A stretch of DNA of 64,000 bases from Camelus dromedarius. Taxonomy: Eukaryota. A program made the position numbers and the translations under genes. This document shows, piece after piece, positions 52,281 to 64,000 of the stretch; the stretch's first letter is position 1; each line of letters starts with the position of its first letter. The notes below the pieces were generated by a model. It was not told the origin of the DNA and searched no databases. It was given only the letters and a program-made list of their open reading frames with translations. Location of the stretch: the NCBI RefSeq assembly GCF_036321535.1, contig NC_087437.1:62002001-62066000 (forward strand), given 5' to 3'.

Positions 52281-54209
52281 GTCATATTAGGTTATGTGTC
52301 AGATTTATTTTCTGTTTATCTAGTTTGGATTAACATTAAAATGTAATTTCTATTGTCTAAGACATGTTAACTCTTGGCCTGTGACAATACTTTGGAAATT
52401 GTTCCCATTTGAGTTCTGAGACAGTTTTAGTTTTGTGACTAGTCATCATGGTTCTTTGATATCCTAAGTTGGAATAAGGTCTTAAAAGTTAAAATCAACT
52501 TGAGATAATTCTTCATTTTGTTTCACTACCATTAGGTTGAAATGATTTGTTCAACATTTTAAGACTCATAAGGCCAGGGTAAGGGTGTTGGGTGGATCTT
52601 TTTAGCTACACATAAGGCTAAATGATGTGTAACTGGTTCCTTCTAACTCTGAAGTCTGTTATTGTAAATGTTTAGATCTCATAAGAACAACTTATTCCCA
52701 AAGACATTATATACTTTATAGTTTTTTTAGATGAAAACTGTTTCATTGTAATTGCATTTTATGGTTCTTGTTCTAAATACTGTAACTGAAACAAGTATCA
52801 GATATTTTGTGTTTCTATTAGAGAATTTATTAAAAAGTTAGAAACTAATTGTCAGTTTTTCATCATATTTTATGTCAACATCAACATATATTAACCTTGG
52901 CACCTTTTTTTTTCTGAGACTTGAGATACAGTTTTGATAAATTTGTATACACTATTTGTATTAGGCCTCTTGATTTAACTTTATTATTAAATGGTTGTAA
53001 GACATTGTATGTGTTTTTGGCATTGAAGGTGATGAGCGCATACTGTTAGGTGAGAGCATTTATCCAGTGTTTAAAAAATTGATTTAAATAGTTAACACTT
53101 TTCTGTTCTGGAATGAATCTTGGTTATTATATAGTACATACTAAAAATAACTTAATGTTCATAGTGTACAGGGAAGTTTATTTTAAGAAGTATTTTTAGT
53201 GTTCCTTTTATTATACAAGATGAGAAAATTCATAGTTTCCTAATAGAATAAGTATTTTTAATATTAATGTTTGAATTGTTGGTATTGGCATAACAACTAG
53301 ATCTAGCAGAATGTAGGATTCTGTTTTGCTTGGATCTTTTTTTACCTTTTCCTTCTCCATCTCCTTTTTAAGATAAATTATAGCTGTTTCTCAACAAACT
53401 TTGCCATAAATTTGATGTTTTACTATTTCTCAATACCACTGATTTATTGTTGTTACATTGTTTTAGAGAACTGGTGATAAGTATTTGGAGTGGGGAATAT
53501 GCTTAGATTCTGCTTTATTTGAGGGAGGTGTCAGGCATATAGAGATGGCTGTTAACTTTGGCTTAAATATTTATAAATTATCTTTCTGAGGTTAAAAAAA
53601 TAATCACAGGTTTTTATTTAGTTGTTATATAAAGTAATTTACCTTAGTCTATAAATTCTCTTATTAAACATCTTTTTTGTGGCTGGCACAAGAAGAAAGG
53701 CCATTTTGTCTAGTTGCCATTATTAAAATAATGCTCCTATTAGGATGTTTTGAAATAGTATCTGTTTAAAAATCATCACTTTAAAACTTATAGCCCTCTT
53801 TTCTTTGATACAGGTGTATCTTTAGCATAGCTCCTACATTTATTAGCCATGTTTAGGATTATTTTTTTTATTTCCAAGTGAAAATGGGAAAATAAAGAGA
53901 GGAAGAGAGATTTTCCTACAGTAAGTTGGTAAAGTTTGAATAAAAAATGGAAGGATTAAGATGGTATGTATAAACCCATGAAAAAGGAATGAGGAGAAAT
54001 TCACTGAGGTGTAAGTAATAGGTGGAAGTGGCAAATAGGAATTGTCTCACATACAGTTCTCCCATGGTAGCTGTGGGATGGGAGTAGCCAGTTAAGAAGG
54101 TTGGATTGCCTAATAGAGCCAAGCAGTGGTGACAGGGTAGCCTCAGAGTATTGGGTGAGAACGGAATGTGTTCGATGGGTTCTTTGTGTCCAGGGTCTTT
54201 TCAAGACTA

Positions 54210-54440
54210 GAGGTAGTATGGTGTGGTAAAAAAGAGCATTAAATCAGGTAAGTCTGTTTTCAAATCCCTGTTTACCTCTTAGCTGTGTGACTTTGGCTAA
54301 ACTTCAGTTTCTTCATCTGTTAAATATGAATATATATTACTACTACTGTCTTGAGTGTTACAGTAAATATTAAGTGAAGTAACATACCACTGTGCCCAGC
54401 ACAGTGTCTTCTGTCTAGTAGATCCTCAACACATTAGTTG
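54210..54440 (+). mobile_element. MIR SINE
   Basis: gaggtagtatggtgtggtaaaaaagagcatt...ttcaaatccc...tagctgtgtgactttggc...cagtttcttcatctgttaaat. Confidence 0.75.
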
Positions 54441-57400
54441 TCTTTTTTCTCCAGGTTATGATAATCTCTGAATTTTGTAATACGGACTCAAACCTATTAA
54501 TAAATTTGGGAAGACATTTTACTCATTAATTACATAGAATGCCCATAAAAAATACCTATAAGCATTTTAAGTGCCTTGTATAGTTGATTAAAAATGAGTA
54601 GTAATGCCCAACTTGTTCGTATATTACGCTCTGTTAACTTTGTCCTCTGAAAACAAGCCCAAACAGTCCCCTCACTTAGAATATAATTGTCTCAAATGCT
54701 TGTATTAAAAGCCCATGTTTTTACTCCTTATTAAAAGCCCTGACTAAAAGCTTATTTACTCTATATTTCAACTTATACAGATCTATAAAGCTTAGTTCCT
54801 AATTGCTTAGATATTTGGTAAGAAGCATTAAATTAGAAGGTGACAATAAGAAGAGTCAGCTGTCTCTTCTGAAAGACAGGAGAAGGTGATGGCTGATAAT
54901 TTATGTTCTCTTTAAGTACAGCATTGCCGTTAGGCTTAAATGACTAGGGATTACTTAATCGGCTGCAATTTGGATTACTTTTACACAGCTGAACCAAACA
55001 TTTTTCAGTACAAAATGATGGTGGGGGGCGGGAACTGAATGGAGTGGGGAGCTGAATTGTGGTCCCCTCAGTGTCCTTGTTACTGTACCTTCCAGCTTCT
55101 CTGGCAGAGGGATGGAGATGAGAGAAAAGGAAGGGAAAAAGAATGCAGAGTTTGAAGTAATCTGCTAAACGGACATTTAGGAGAAATTGGCCCGAGGTAG
55201 GCCCATTTCTTTCTTCCTTCCTCTTAAGTTCTAGTTTTTTAGCAGTCTCTGTTCTGGGTAACTTGAAACTCCAGGAGTGCCATCCCACCTTTAACTGAAT
55301 TAGTTCTGGGACACCATCATTGTCCATCTTGTCTTGGCTCTTAACAGCTCTGCCATTTTATATCCTTTGTCAGCTGCCCAGGCTTCCTTCACTTGCAAAA
55401 TAATGGGTCATTACAATGAGCTCAGGGTGGCTTATTTCTTATTACTCAACCTAGTCCTCCTTTATCCCCAGTTTGACAGAGGCTCCTGGGAATGCAAAGT
55501 AACTGTTCATTTCATTATTTCTTCCAGAACAGCCTCTCATGTAAGTGACAAGACTTAAACAGAAGCATTGTTTCTTTCTTCCTCTCTCCTGTGTGATATT
55601 CCTAACTCCTAAGTTTCCATTAATTGTGTAGACATTTGGATCAAAAAGTGAAAGTTTAGCAGGAAGAGACATTTAAATATTCACATCTTAGCGTAGACAT
55701 CACTTTCCTTTCTTTATACTCGGCTGATCCTCCCTGAAAATACTGAAATTAGAGAGGGGAAGTAACCTATGTTAACTTTTGAACATGAGCCCTTTGGTTG
55801 TATTTGGGTTTTTGAATGTGCAGTGAAGTACATGAGAGCTTTGATTGAGACCATGTAGGAGTTAGAAGAGGTAATATTAAAGATGATAAGCGCATTAAAG
55901 AGAGCGTCAAGGAAACTCCTTGAAAATGCACTTTCTTTTATGATTTTTTTAGGGTAGCTTTTTCCTTTTCTCTTTTACCATAGGCTTCGTGAAATTAACT
56001 TTTTGTTTGAGAGCCTTGTTTCATTTCCTGTCCAGTTTACTCTGCTCAGACATTGGTTGAAGAATGTGATAAAAGTATGACTCACTTATTTGTCTGTGTA
56101 TTTTCTTCTTGATATTTTTCACTTAATATATCTTGGAGAACTTTTTGCCCAGCGCATATAGCTACCTCATTTCCTTTTAATGATTGTGTGTATTCTGTTG
56201 TATGGTTGAATCATAATTAATTTAACAGGTCTTACATTAGTGGATGCTTAGGTTGTTGCAAATCTTTTCCCCTTAAAGGGTTGTACCAAACATCCTTGTA
56301 CATACATCTTTGGTTATTTTTTATGAATAAGCCCATACGTAGGATTACGGGCTTATTCCTAGCAGTGAAGTTGCTAGGTCAAGGGTACATAGTTTTCATT
56401 TTGGTAGATATTTCCAAAGCTCACTTTAAAACCTTGTCAGAGCACTGTTCATTTATATTGAAATCTGTGTTGATATCTTAGTATTTTTCTGGTATTTCAG
56501 GGAAGTTGTCTCAAAAACATTTTTTAGGCTAGCTAATAATTTGGAATGTATGGCTTAATTTGAGGTCATAGGAATAAGAAACTATATGTGAGAAAGGAAG
56601 AGGGATTCTTTTTTCAGTATATATGACCTGTTTCCAAGAAAATTTTCTGAGAGGCCAGGTTTGTCTTCCATTTACAGTATTTCCACTTCCCTTTCCCTAT
56701 ACTATGCCTCTGTATTGAGGTATGATATCTTCCTTTTCTAAATCCCTTACTCTGATACTTGTTTGCAAACCTCCCCCTACCCCTTGTATTCTTCTCTACC
56801 TCCAGAGTACTTTGACTTCTCAGTACCTACCATTTCAGCCTGTTGTTAGGGATAAGTTTACTTAAAAATATATAATTTTATATTTGTTTTAATAGGCACA
56901 TCATATATTAACACTGTATTATAGGAGTGTAGTTTTAAATAGTATACATATATTAGGATGTGCTAAATTTAAAAAAATTGATGAGGTGCATGAACAAAAA
57001 CAATAGAGATGGGAACCATTGCTTTAGGGAAATCTAGATCTTGCATTGGGTTAACAAGTCAGCTGCAACTTTTCACTAATTTTTTTTAAAAAAAACTAAG
57101 TTCTGTCCCAGGTCAGTTTCTCTTAATATCTTTTATTAGCATCTTTTTAAAATAATGTCTATGCCTACTTCTCCCATATTCTTTAAAAGCTCCTTAAGTT
57201 TTTTTTTTCTTTTTAAATAATGATGTATGTGGCAATAGCAGATGTTATAGCAACAAAGAATTGCAATAAAGTGTAGCTTTGTCTGTATATGTAAGTCCGT
57301 TTTAAGTTAAGGACTTTCCAAGTTTTTTAGGAAAACAGTAAATAGATTAGAAGAAAATAATTGATTCAGTAAGAATTTCCAAAGAAATGGTCAGAATAAG

Positions 57401-59450
57401 AAAATTTTAAGAATCTTAGAAAGTTTCACTTAGTTGTAGAATAGTTTATTCTCTGAGAAACATGATTAACAGAATATTTGAAGAGAACAGTTATTTGGTG
57501 ATATATTTTAAATATTTGTCCTTTAGACTACTTAAAGATTTTGAGAAATCAGATTCTTGTTCCTTTGTCCAGTATTTGTTCTAGACTTACGATACTACCT
57601 GGTACCAGGGAAGACAGGGTTAGCAAGTATGAATTATATTTTTATTTTATTTACTTTGCTGTTTATATGAGCTGTGTTTGGGCTGTACATTTAGGTGAAG
57701 TTTTCTCCCTAGATGATAATCTTAGTAAATAAGAGTATTTATATTTCGTTTATTTACTCTCTGAAAGCTATTATCAAAGTAGTGCCTATTACCTACCTGA
57801 TTGATTTGGGAAAGAGGTGACTAAACTGAAACATAGTTAATGCACTTGCTAATTGTGGGCCCTTTATGTTGGGTGGGTATGTGTGTTTATTTTACACTAC
57901 CTGATAATAAAAGTTGGTTTTAACAAACCATACCAGTGCTTTGACATTCTTTGAGATGAAGTTTCTTTGTATTTCATGATTATTGTTATGCTAGTTCCTC
58001 AAGTAATACAGTGGAGTATAAATTTACAGCAACCAAGTTAGAAGGGCAGATTTAATATTGCCTGTTTTTTCTATAATAATGGGAAAAATAAGATAATTAT
58101 TCAATAGTCTCTTGTTCTTATCATGACCTCTAAATTTATTTATCATGTGCAACTCTTTAAGGGTATATTATTTTAGCAAATTTAAAAGCATTTGTAAAAA
58201 AATAAAATTTTATTATACAAAGTTTTCAGATTAGAGATAAATGTAAAGTGAAAAAAAAACTGGTAATTTCACCACCCAGTGATAATATTATATTGTTAGC
58301 ATTTTAGATATTTCCCCAAATTTTCAAATTTTTTTTAAGAATATTTTTTGACCATGTGGATTTTTTTGGAATTCCAGCAGACTTTAGCTTTTTGTTAAAG
58401 TATAATAACTGACAGAAATGTGTGCATATCATAGATACACATCTTCAACTTTACAAAATGAGTACATTTGTGCAGTCAGCATTCAGCTGAAGAAAACACA
58501 TTGTCAGCTCCCAGATACCCCCACTTTCCTGCCACCGGTCAGCAGCCCTGTCACCCAAGGGTAGCCATTATTCTGATTTTATTTTTAAGAAACACTTTAT
58601 TGAGATATAATTTATATACAATAAAATTCACCCATTCTAAGTGTACAATTTAGTGATTTTTAGTAAATTTACTGAGTGGTGCAGCCATCACTGTAGTTTT
58701 AAAATATATGTGTCAATATATTTTAACCAGTTTCCTTTTGTTGAATACATAGTGTTAATTCTAGTTTTTCACCATTGAAACACTATTATTGTGATTTTCC
58801 ATGTGCATCTTTATATGCGTTTCTGATTTCATCAGGATTGGTCCCCAAAATTATAATCACCAGTTCAAAGAATATGTGCATTTTGATACATAGTACCAAA
58901 TTGCCTTTGAAAATAGTTGAACTGCTTTATACTCCCATTGTGAGTAGAAGAGTGTCTTTTTTCCCCCCTGCCACTTCAACCTTGGATGTATTTTTAAAGC
59001 GTTATTATCAGTTTGGTGGATAAAATATGGTATCTTGATTTTAATGTTCATTTCTTTAATTACTACTGCAAGTAGTTGTTATTTTATATATTTAGTGACT
59101 ATTTGTAATTTTTCTTTATGATTTGCCTGGTAGTGTTCTATCAGTTTATCTCTTAATGTATCTTTTTATTTTTTATTTTTAAGACATTTTAATATAGTAA
59201 GAGATATAGATCCTTCTGGTGTTACGAATACTTTCTCCCAACTTGCTTTATATCAGGCTCATTTTTCATAATGAAACAGATTAGAATTTTGTGCCTTAAT
59301 GCCAAAAATGAAAATTAGTGTTTTACTATACCAGACTTTGGAAACTTATCTTGGTAATTTTTAAATTGGAGGCAATACTGAATTATATGAATTAAAACTT
59401 TTCTGTTAGTGTGTACCTTTCATAATTTGAAATTTAAAAAATTCAAGTAG

Positions 59451-59873
<423 letters not shown>

Positions 59874-60383
59874 TAAACTTACAGTTAGAAACGTAATTCA
59901 TTTTATATTAGGTAATACTACAAGTTATTGAAGAAATTTCAGAAAATGTTTAAAGGCTAAATATAAATAGTTCAAATGGATGTTCTTATGTAGATATACT
60001 AAATATTGACAAAAATCATAATTGAAAAGGCAAAAGAAACTTTTTGTATTATATACATTCTAGAAATGTATGTTTTCCAGGACAACATTTATTTATCAGG
60101 ATTACTGTGTATTAAATTTTAAAGTGCTTAATTTTAAAAGATACTTTGTTTTACCTTCTGGATTTCTCCTTAAAGAAGATTGAATCTTGAGTATAACTAG
60201 AAAAAGATGTACACTCAAGAATTTTTCCTTCAAGTTCTGTAACTTGGGCAGCTCCTGCCTTCTTTATTTTTTCCATTATCTTTTAAAAATATATCAGCCT
60301 GTTAATCTTTCCTGTTTATCCTAGGTGTCATAGTTAATCACCTAAGGTATTCTTTTGTAGGCACCCATAACTTTTTTGGTGCC

Positions 60384-61091
60384 TTTTTTTTTTCAATTCA
60401 GATGAACATTTATTGAGCCCATATTAAATGGGACACAGTTAAGAGATGTCTCTCTTCTGTCTGTGTACAGTTTTTGCCACTGTCTTCAAGTGGGTACATC
60501 CTATGCCTCACTAGTCTTTTGCAGTTACTCAAGCTCCTATGATGGAATGGTAGTCTTTTTCAGAGACTCAGAATCTTAGTAAGTCATGGTTAGCAGAATG
60601 ATGGTCACAGCTAATGGAGAACTTCATTTTCAATAACAAACCAGCCAACCACTGAGCTGGACTTGTGGCTTCCCATGAAAATGCTGGGCTTAATCTGGTG
60701 CTTCAGTCACAGACTCTTTGGAATAATCAGCAGTGACATCTTCATAATCTTCACTCCAAAAGTTTTCTATGTGAAGCAAATCATAATCAACTGTGGCCTC
60801 AGTGACTTGTTCCTCAGAGCTAAATGTGTTTAATTCCACATTGGTAGGAAATGGTGAAAGTCTGTTCTCCAAACACAAGTCAGTGGCTGTTTCTGCATCT
60901 TCAGTGATGTCTTGGTCACTGGTCAAGTCTAGTAGGTCAGTGATGATTTTTGGTCAGTGATGAATTCTAGGAGTAGTGTGGGGTAAGTCATAGCCAGGAC
61001 AAACCAGGCAGAGTGGAGCAGGGCCTTCCTGAGCATGGTGTTGATATAGGCGGGGAACATGAAATGCTCAAGAAGGTAAGGAGGCTGAGTG
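60384..61091 (-). pseudogene. Processed retrocopy of an mRNA for a small acidic protein with a signal-peptide-like N-terminus (KAP / kidney androgen-regulated protein-like)
   Basis: On the - strand: 55-nt leader, ACC-ATG at 61036, coding region to TAA at 60690-60692 with one frameshift, ~300-nt 3'UTR, AATAAA (60409-60414) 15 nt before an A10 tail (60384-60393). Flanking near-direct repeats ttttttggtgcctt / tttttttgcctt act as a TSD. Confidence 0.8.
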
Positions 61092-61529
61092 TTTTTTTGC
61101 CTTCTTGAATTTTTGTTTTACCTGATGACCAGCAGAACTACAACTATAATGTAATTCTCTTCTATTCTTTATGTGATATTAAAGCAGGGTCCTTTTAGTA
61201 CTTCTAATGTACTGTGCTTTTTCTTTTGCTTTAGGACCTTCATATATCCTACTTACAATATTCCCCTCAGTCATAACCCCTCCCTGTTTTTTAACCTAGT
61301 TACTGCTTCATCATCATCAGCCTTCCACTTCTGTCCAGTCCAGATTGAATTCCTGCAATAGAGACTTGTTCACTGTCTGTCTCTGATAGATTGTTGGCTC
61401 TATGAGTGCATGAATTTTGTCTTATTTGTCATTATGTGCCAGGTGTTGGCACACGGTGTGAATGAATAGATAGCTACTTACAGTTGTGTTCTTATACGTG
61501 TGCTCACCAACTTTTATTCCAATACCCTT

Positions 61530-63110
61530 TATTCAGCCTATTAATGTAATGGATTACATTAATTAATTTTTAAGTGTTGGATCAGTCTTGTCTTGCATAT
61601 CTGGAATAAATCCCACTTGGTTGTGGTGTATAATTCTTTTTATACATTGTTTGATTCAGTTTGCTATTTTCCGTTGAGGATTTTTGCATCTATGTTCATG
61701 TGATATGTTGGTTGAGTTTTCTTTTCTTGCTATACCTTTATCTGGTTTTGATGTTAGAGTTATCCTGGCCTCATAGGATGAGTTAGAGGTACTCCCTCTG
61801 CTTCAGTCTTCTGGAAGAGACTGTAGAGAATTGATATAATTTCTGCGTTAAATGTTTGGTAGAATTCAGTGAATCCATACCTGGTACTTTCTTTTTTGGA
61901 ACGTTATTAATTACTAATTCAATTTCTTTAATAGCTATAGACCTATTCAGATTGTTTCTTGTATGAGTTTTGGCAGATTGTGTCTTCCAAGGAGTTGGTT
62001 CAGTTCATCTAGGTTATCAGATTTGTGGGCATAGAGTTAGTTGTTCGTAGTATTCCTTTATTATCCTTTTAATGTCCATGGGTTCTGTAGTGATGTCCCC
62101 AATTTTATTTCTGATATGAGTAATTTATGTCTTCTTTTTCTTCTTAGTATGGCTAGAGGCTTGCTGTGCCCCCCCCTTAATATCTTAACAGTTTTTAAGC
62201 ATACAGTATTACATGCAGTATATGCATACAGTTAACTGTATTCACATTGTTGTACAGTAGATCTCTAGAACTGTTTCATCTTGCAAAACTTGAATCTCTA
62301 TATCCACTGAACAACAATACCCAATTTTCACCTCCCACCAGTAGAGGCTTACCATTTTTATAGAGAACTGGCTTTTGATTTTTTCTTTTGCTTTCCGGTT
62401 TTGAATTTTGTTGATTTCTGCTCTAATTTTTTTGAGAGAGTGGTGATTAGGTTTGTTTCTATGTTTATTTGCTTATTTATTTAAATGGAGATACTGGGGA
62501 TTGAACCCAGGACCTCATGCATGCTGGGCATGCACTCTACCACTGAGATATATATATATATACCCTGTTCCTCCACTGACTTATACCCTCCCCACCACTG
62601 AGCTGTACCCTCCCCCTACTCTTAATTTATATGATTTCTTTTGTTATTTTGGATTTAATTTGCCCTTTTTTCTCCCTCGTTTTCAAAAGTGGAAAGTTAG
62701 ATGACTGATTTTAGATCTTCTTTTCTAATACATGTAATACTGCATTCAGTGATACAAATTTAAGCACTGTTTTCACTGTCCCACAAATTTTGATAAGTTG
62801 TATTTTTTTTTCATTTAGTTCGATTTATCTTTCAGTTTCTCCTGAGATTTCAAGTATCTTTGATCCATGTGTCATTTGGAAGTATATTGTTTAATCTCCC
62901 AAGTATTTTTGTGTTTTCCAGCTGTTTTTCTGTTACTGATTTCTAGTTTAATTTCATTGTGGTCTGAGAGTGTATATTGTATGATTTCCTGTTCTTGTAA
63001 ATTAATGAAGTTGTGTTTTATGGCCCTGAATGTGATCTGTCTTGGTGAATGCTCTATGTGAGTTTGAGAAGAATTAGTGTTTTGCTGTTGAATAAAGTAA
63101 TCTGTTGGTT
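61530..63110 (-). mobile_element. Old LINE-1 ORF2 fragment with nested insertions
   Basis: Endonuclease remnant QEIIQYTLSDHNEIKLEISNRK (62872-63156) and RT-proximal motifs aatcccacttggttgtggtg...ttgaggatttttgcatctatgttcat...ctggcctcataggatgagttag. Confidence 0.8.
62427..62617 (-). mobile_element. Vic-1-type SINE with reiterated 5' end
   Basis: Tail and body 62427-62550, a (TA)n, then two further copies of ccactga...taccctcccc. Confidence 0.85.
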
Positions 63111-63609
63111 GCAGTGGCCTTCTTATTGGATTGAGTGTAGCCTGAGCCTTGTCCAATCTGTATTTCAGATAGTTTCTATGGTGATCTTTCCAAAATGAGT
63201 TTCATACTTATCACTCCACTACCAAAATGTTTTCAGAGGTTTCTTGTTGCTAAACAGCTGAAATGTACTCTTTTGCTTGGGCTGAAACAGCCTTTGTAAT
63301 CAGGTCTCTTCTTATCTAGACTCTGTGTACAGTAGGTCAGGCCCCTCTCCCCACTTCATACCTTAACCACATCGAATTACTTTAGTTGCCCAGGTTTAAT
63401 ATGATTTTTTTCCTATTATTTCTGTACATGTTGTATGTACTTGTAATATTCTTTGTCTGGCAATCTGCCGTTTTTTCACTTCTCAAAACTCTCTTTTGTG
63501 TAATTTTCATTTCTTTGCTTCCAAGACCATAAGGTCTCTTTTGTATTTTAACTTTGTGTTCTCAATAACTGGGTTATAGTAGGCAATCAAGTATTTTTTG
63601 AGTGAAAAA

Positions 63610-64000
63610 ATTTTTTTTTTAATTGAGGAAAATTTTTAAGTGAAATGCTGTCAGATCCTAAATTTATAGTTCAGAGCATTGACAGCTGCATAAACTTGTG
63701 TAACCCACAGCACATCAAGATACAGAATATTTTCCTCATCCTAGAAAGTTTCTTTGTGTTTCTTTCTGGTCAGTCCTCTCCACAACAATTGTTTTGATTT
63801 TTTTTTTTTCCCATCAAAGATTAGTGTTGTCCCTTGAGAACTTTATGTGAATGGGATCATATGTAACTTGTGTCCAGCTTCTTTTGCTCAACATAGTGTT
63901 TCTGCAGTTTTCAGTGTTGGTTGAATGTATCAGTAAATAGTTAACTCCTTTTCATTGTTGATTAACACTGTTGTTTTATTATCCTGAAGTTTTGTTTATT
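63610..64000 (-). mobile_element. Old LINE-1 3' fragment (L1MD/ME-like), runs off the window
   Basis: Poly-T-aattgagg...gtaacccacagcacatcaagatacagaatatttt...cctagaaagttt...cttcttttgctcaacata. Confidence 0.7.

Overview
Mammalian genomic DNA, very probably camelid (six tRNA-Ala-derived Vic-1-type SINEs). The window holds about 16 kb of repeat-rich upstream sequence and the 5' part of ZNF148 (ZBP-89) on the + strand. That part comprises a CpG-island promoter with exon 1 (donor 16469), a second intronic CpG island (about 29.45-30.05 kb) that looks like an alternative promoter, non-coding exons at 43740-43820 and 51166-51301, and the first coding exon 59501-59849 (ATG 59517, 111 codons). Two processed retrocopies are present: an RPS21 pseudogene (3677-4009, -) that retains an unusual number of CpGs, and an apparently full-length retrocopy (60384-61091, -, antisense in the intron after the first coding exon). 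The second encodes, after one frameshift, a ~115-aa acidic protein with a signal-peptide-like N-terminus that resembles rodent kidney androgen-regulated protein (KAP); it is the most novel-looking item. The rest is L1, L2, MIR, MaLR LTRs, hAT MITEs and microsatellites. Repeat subfamily names, the species call and all homology calls come from recalled sequences, not database searches.
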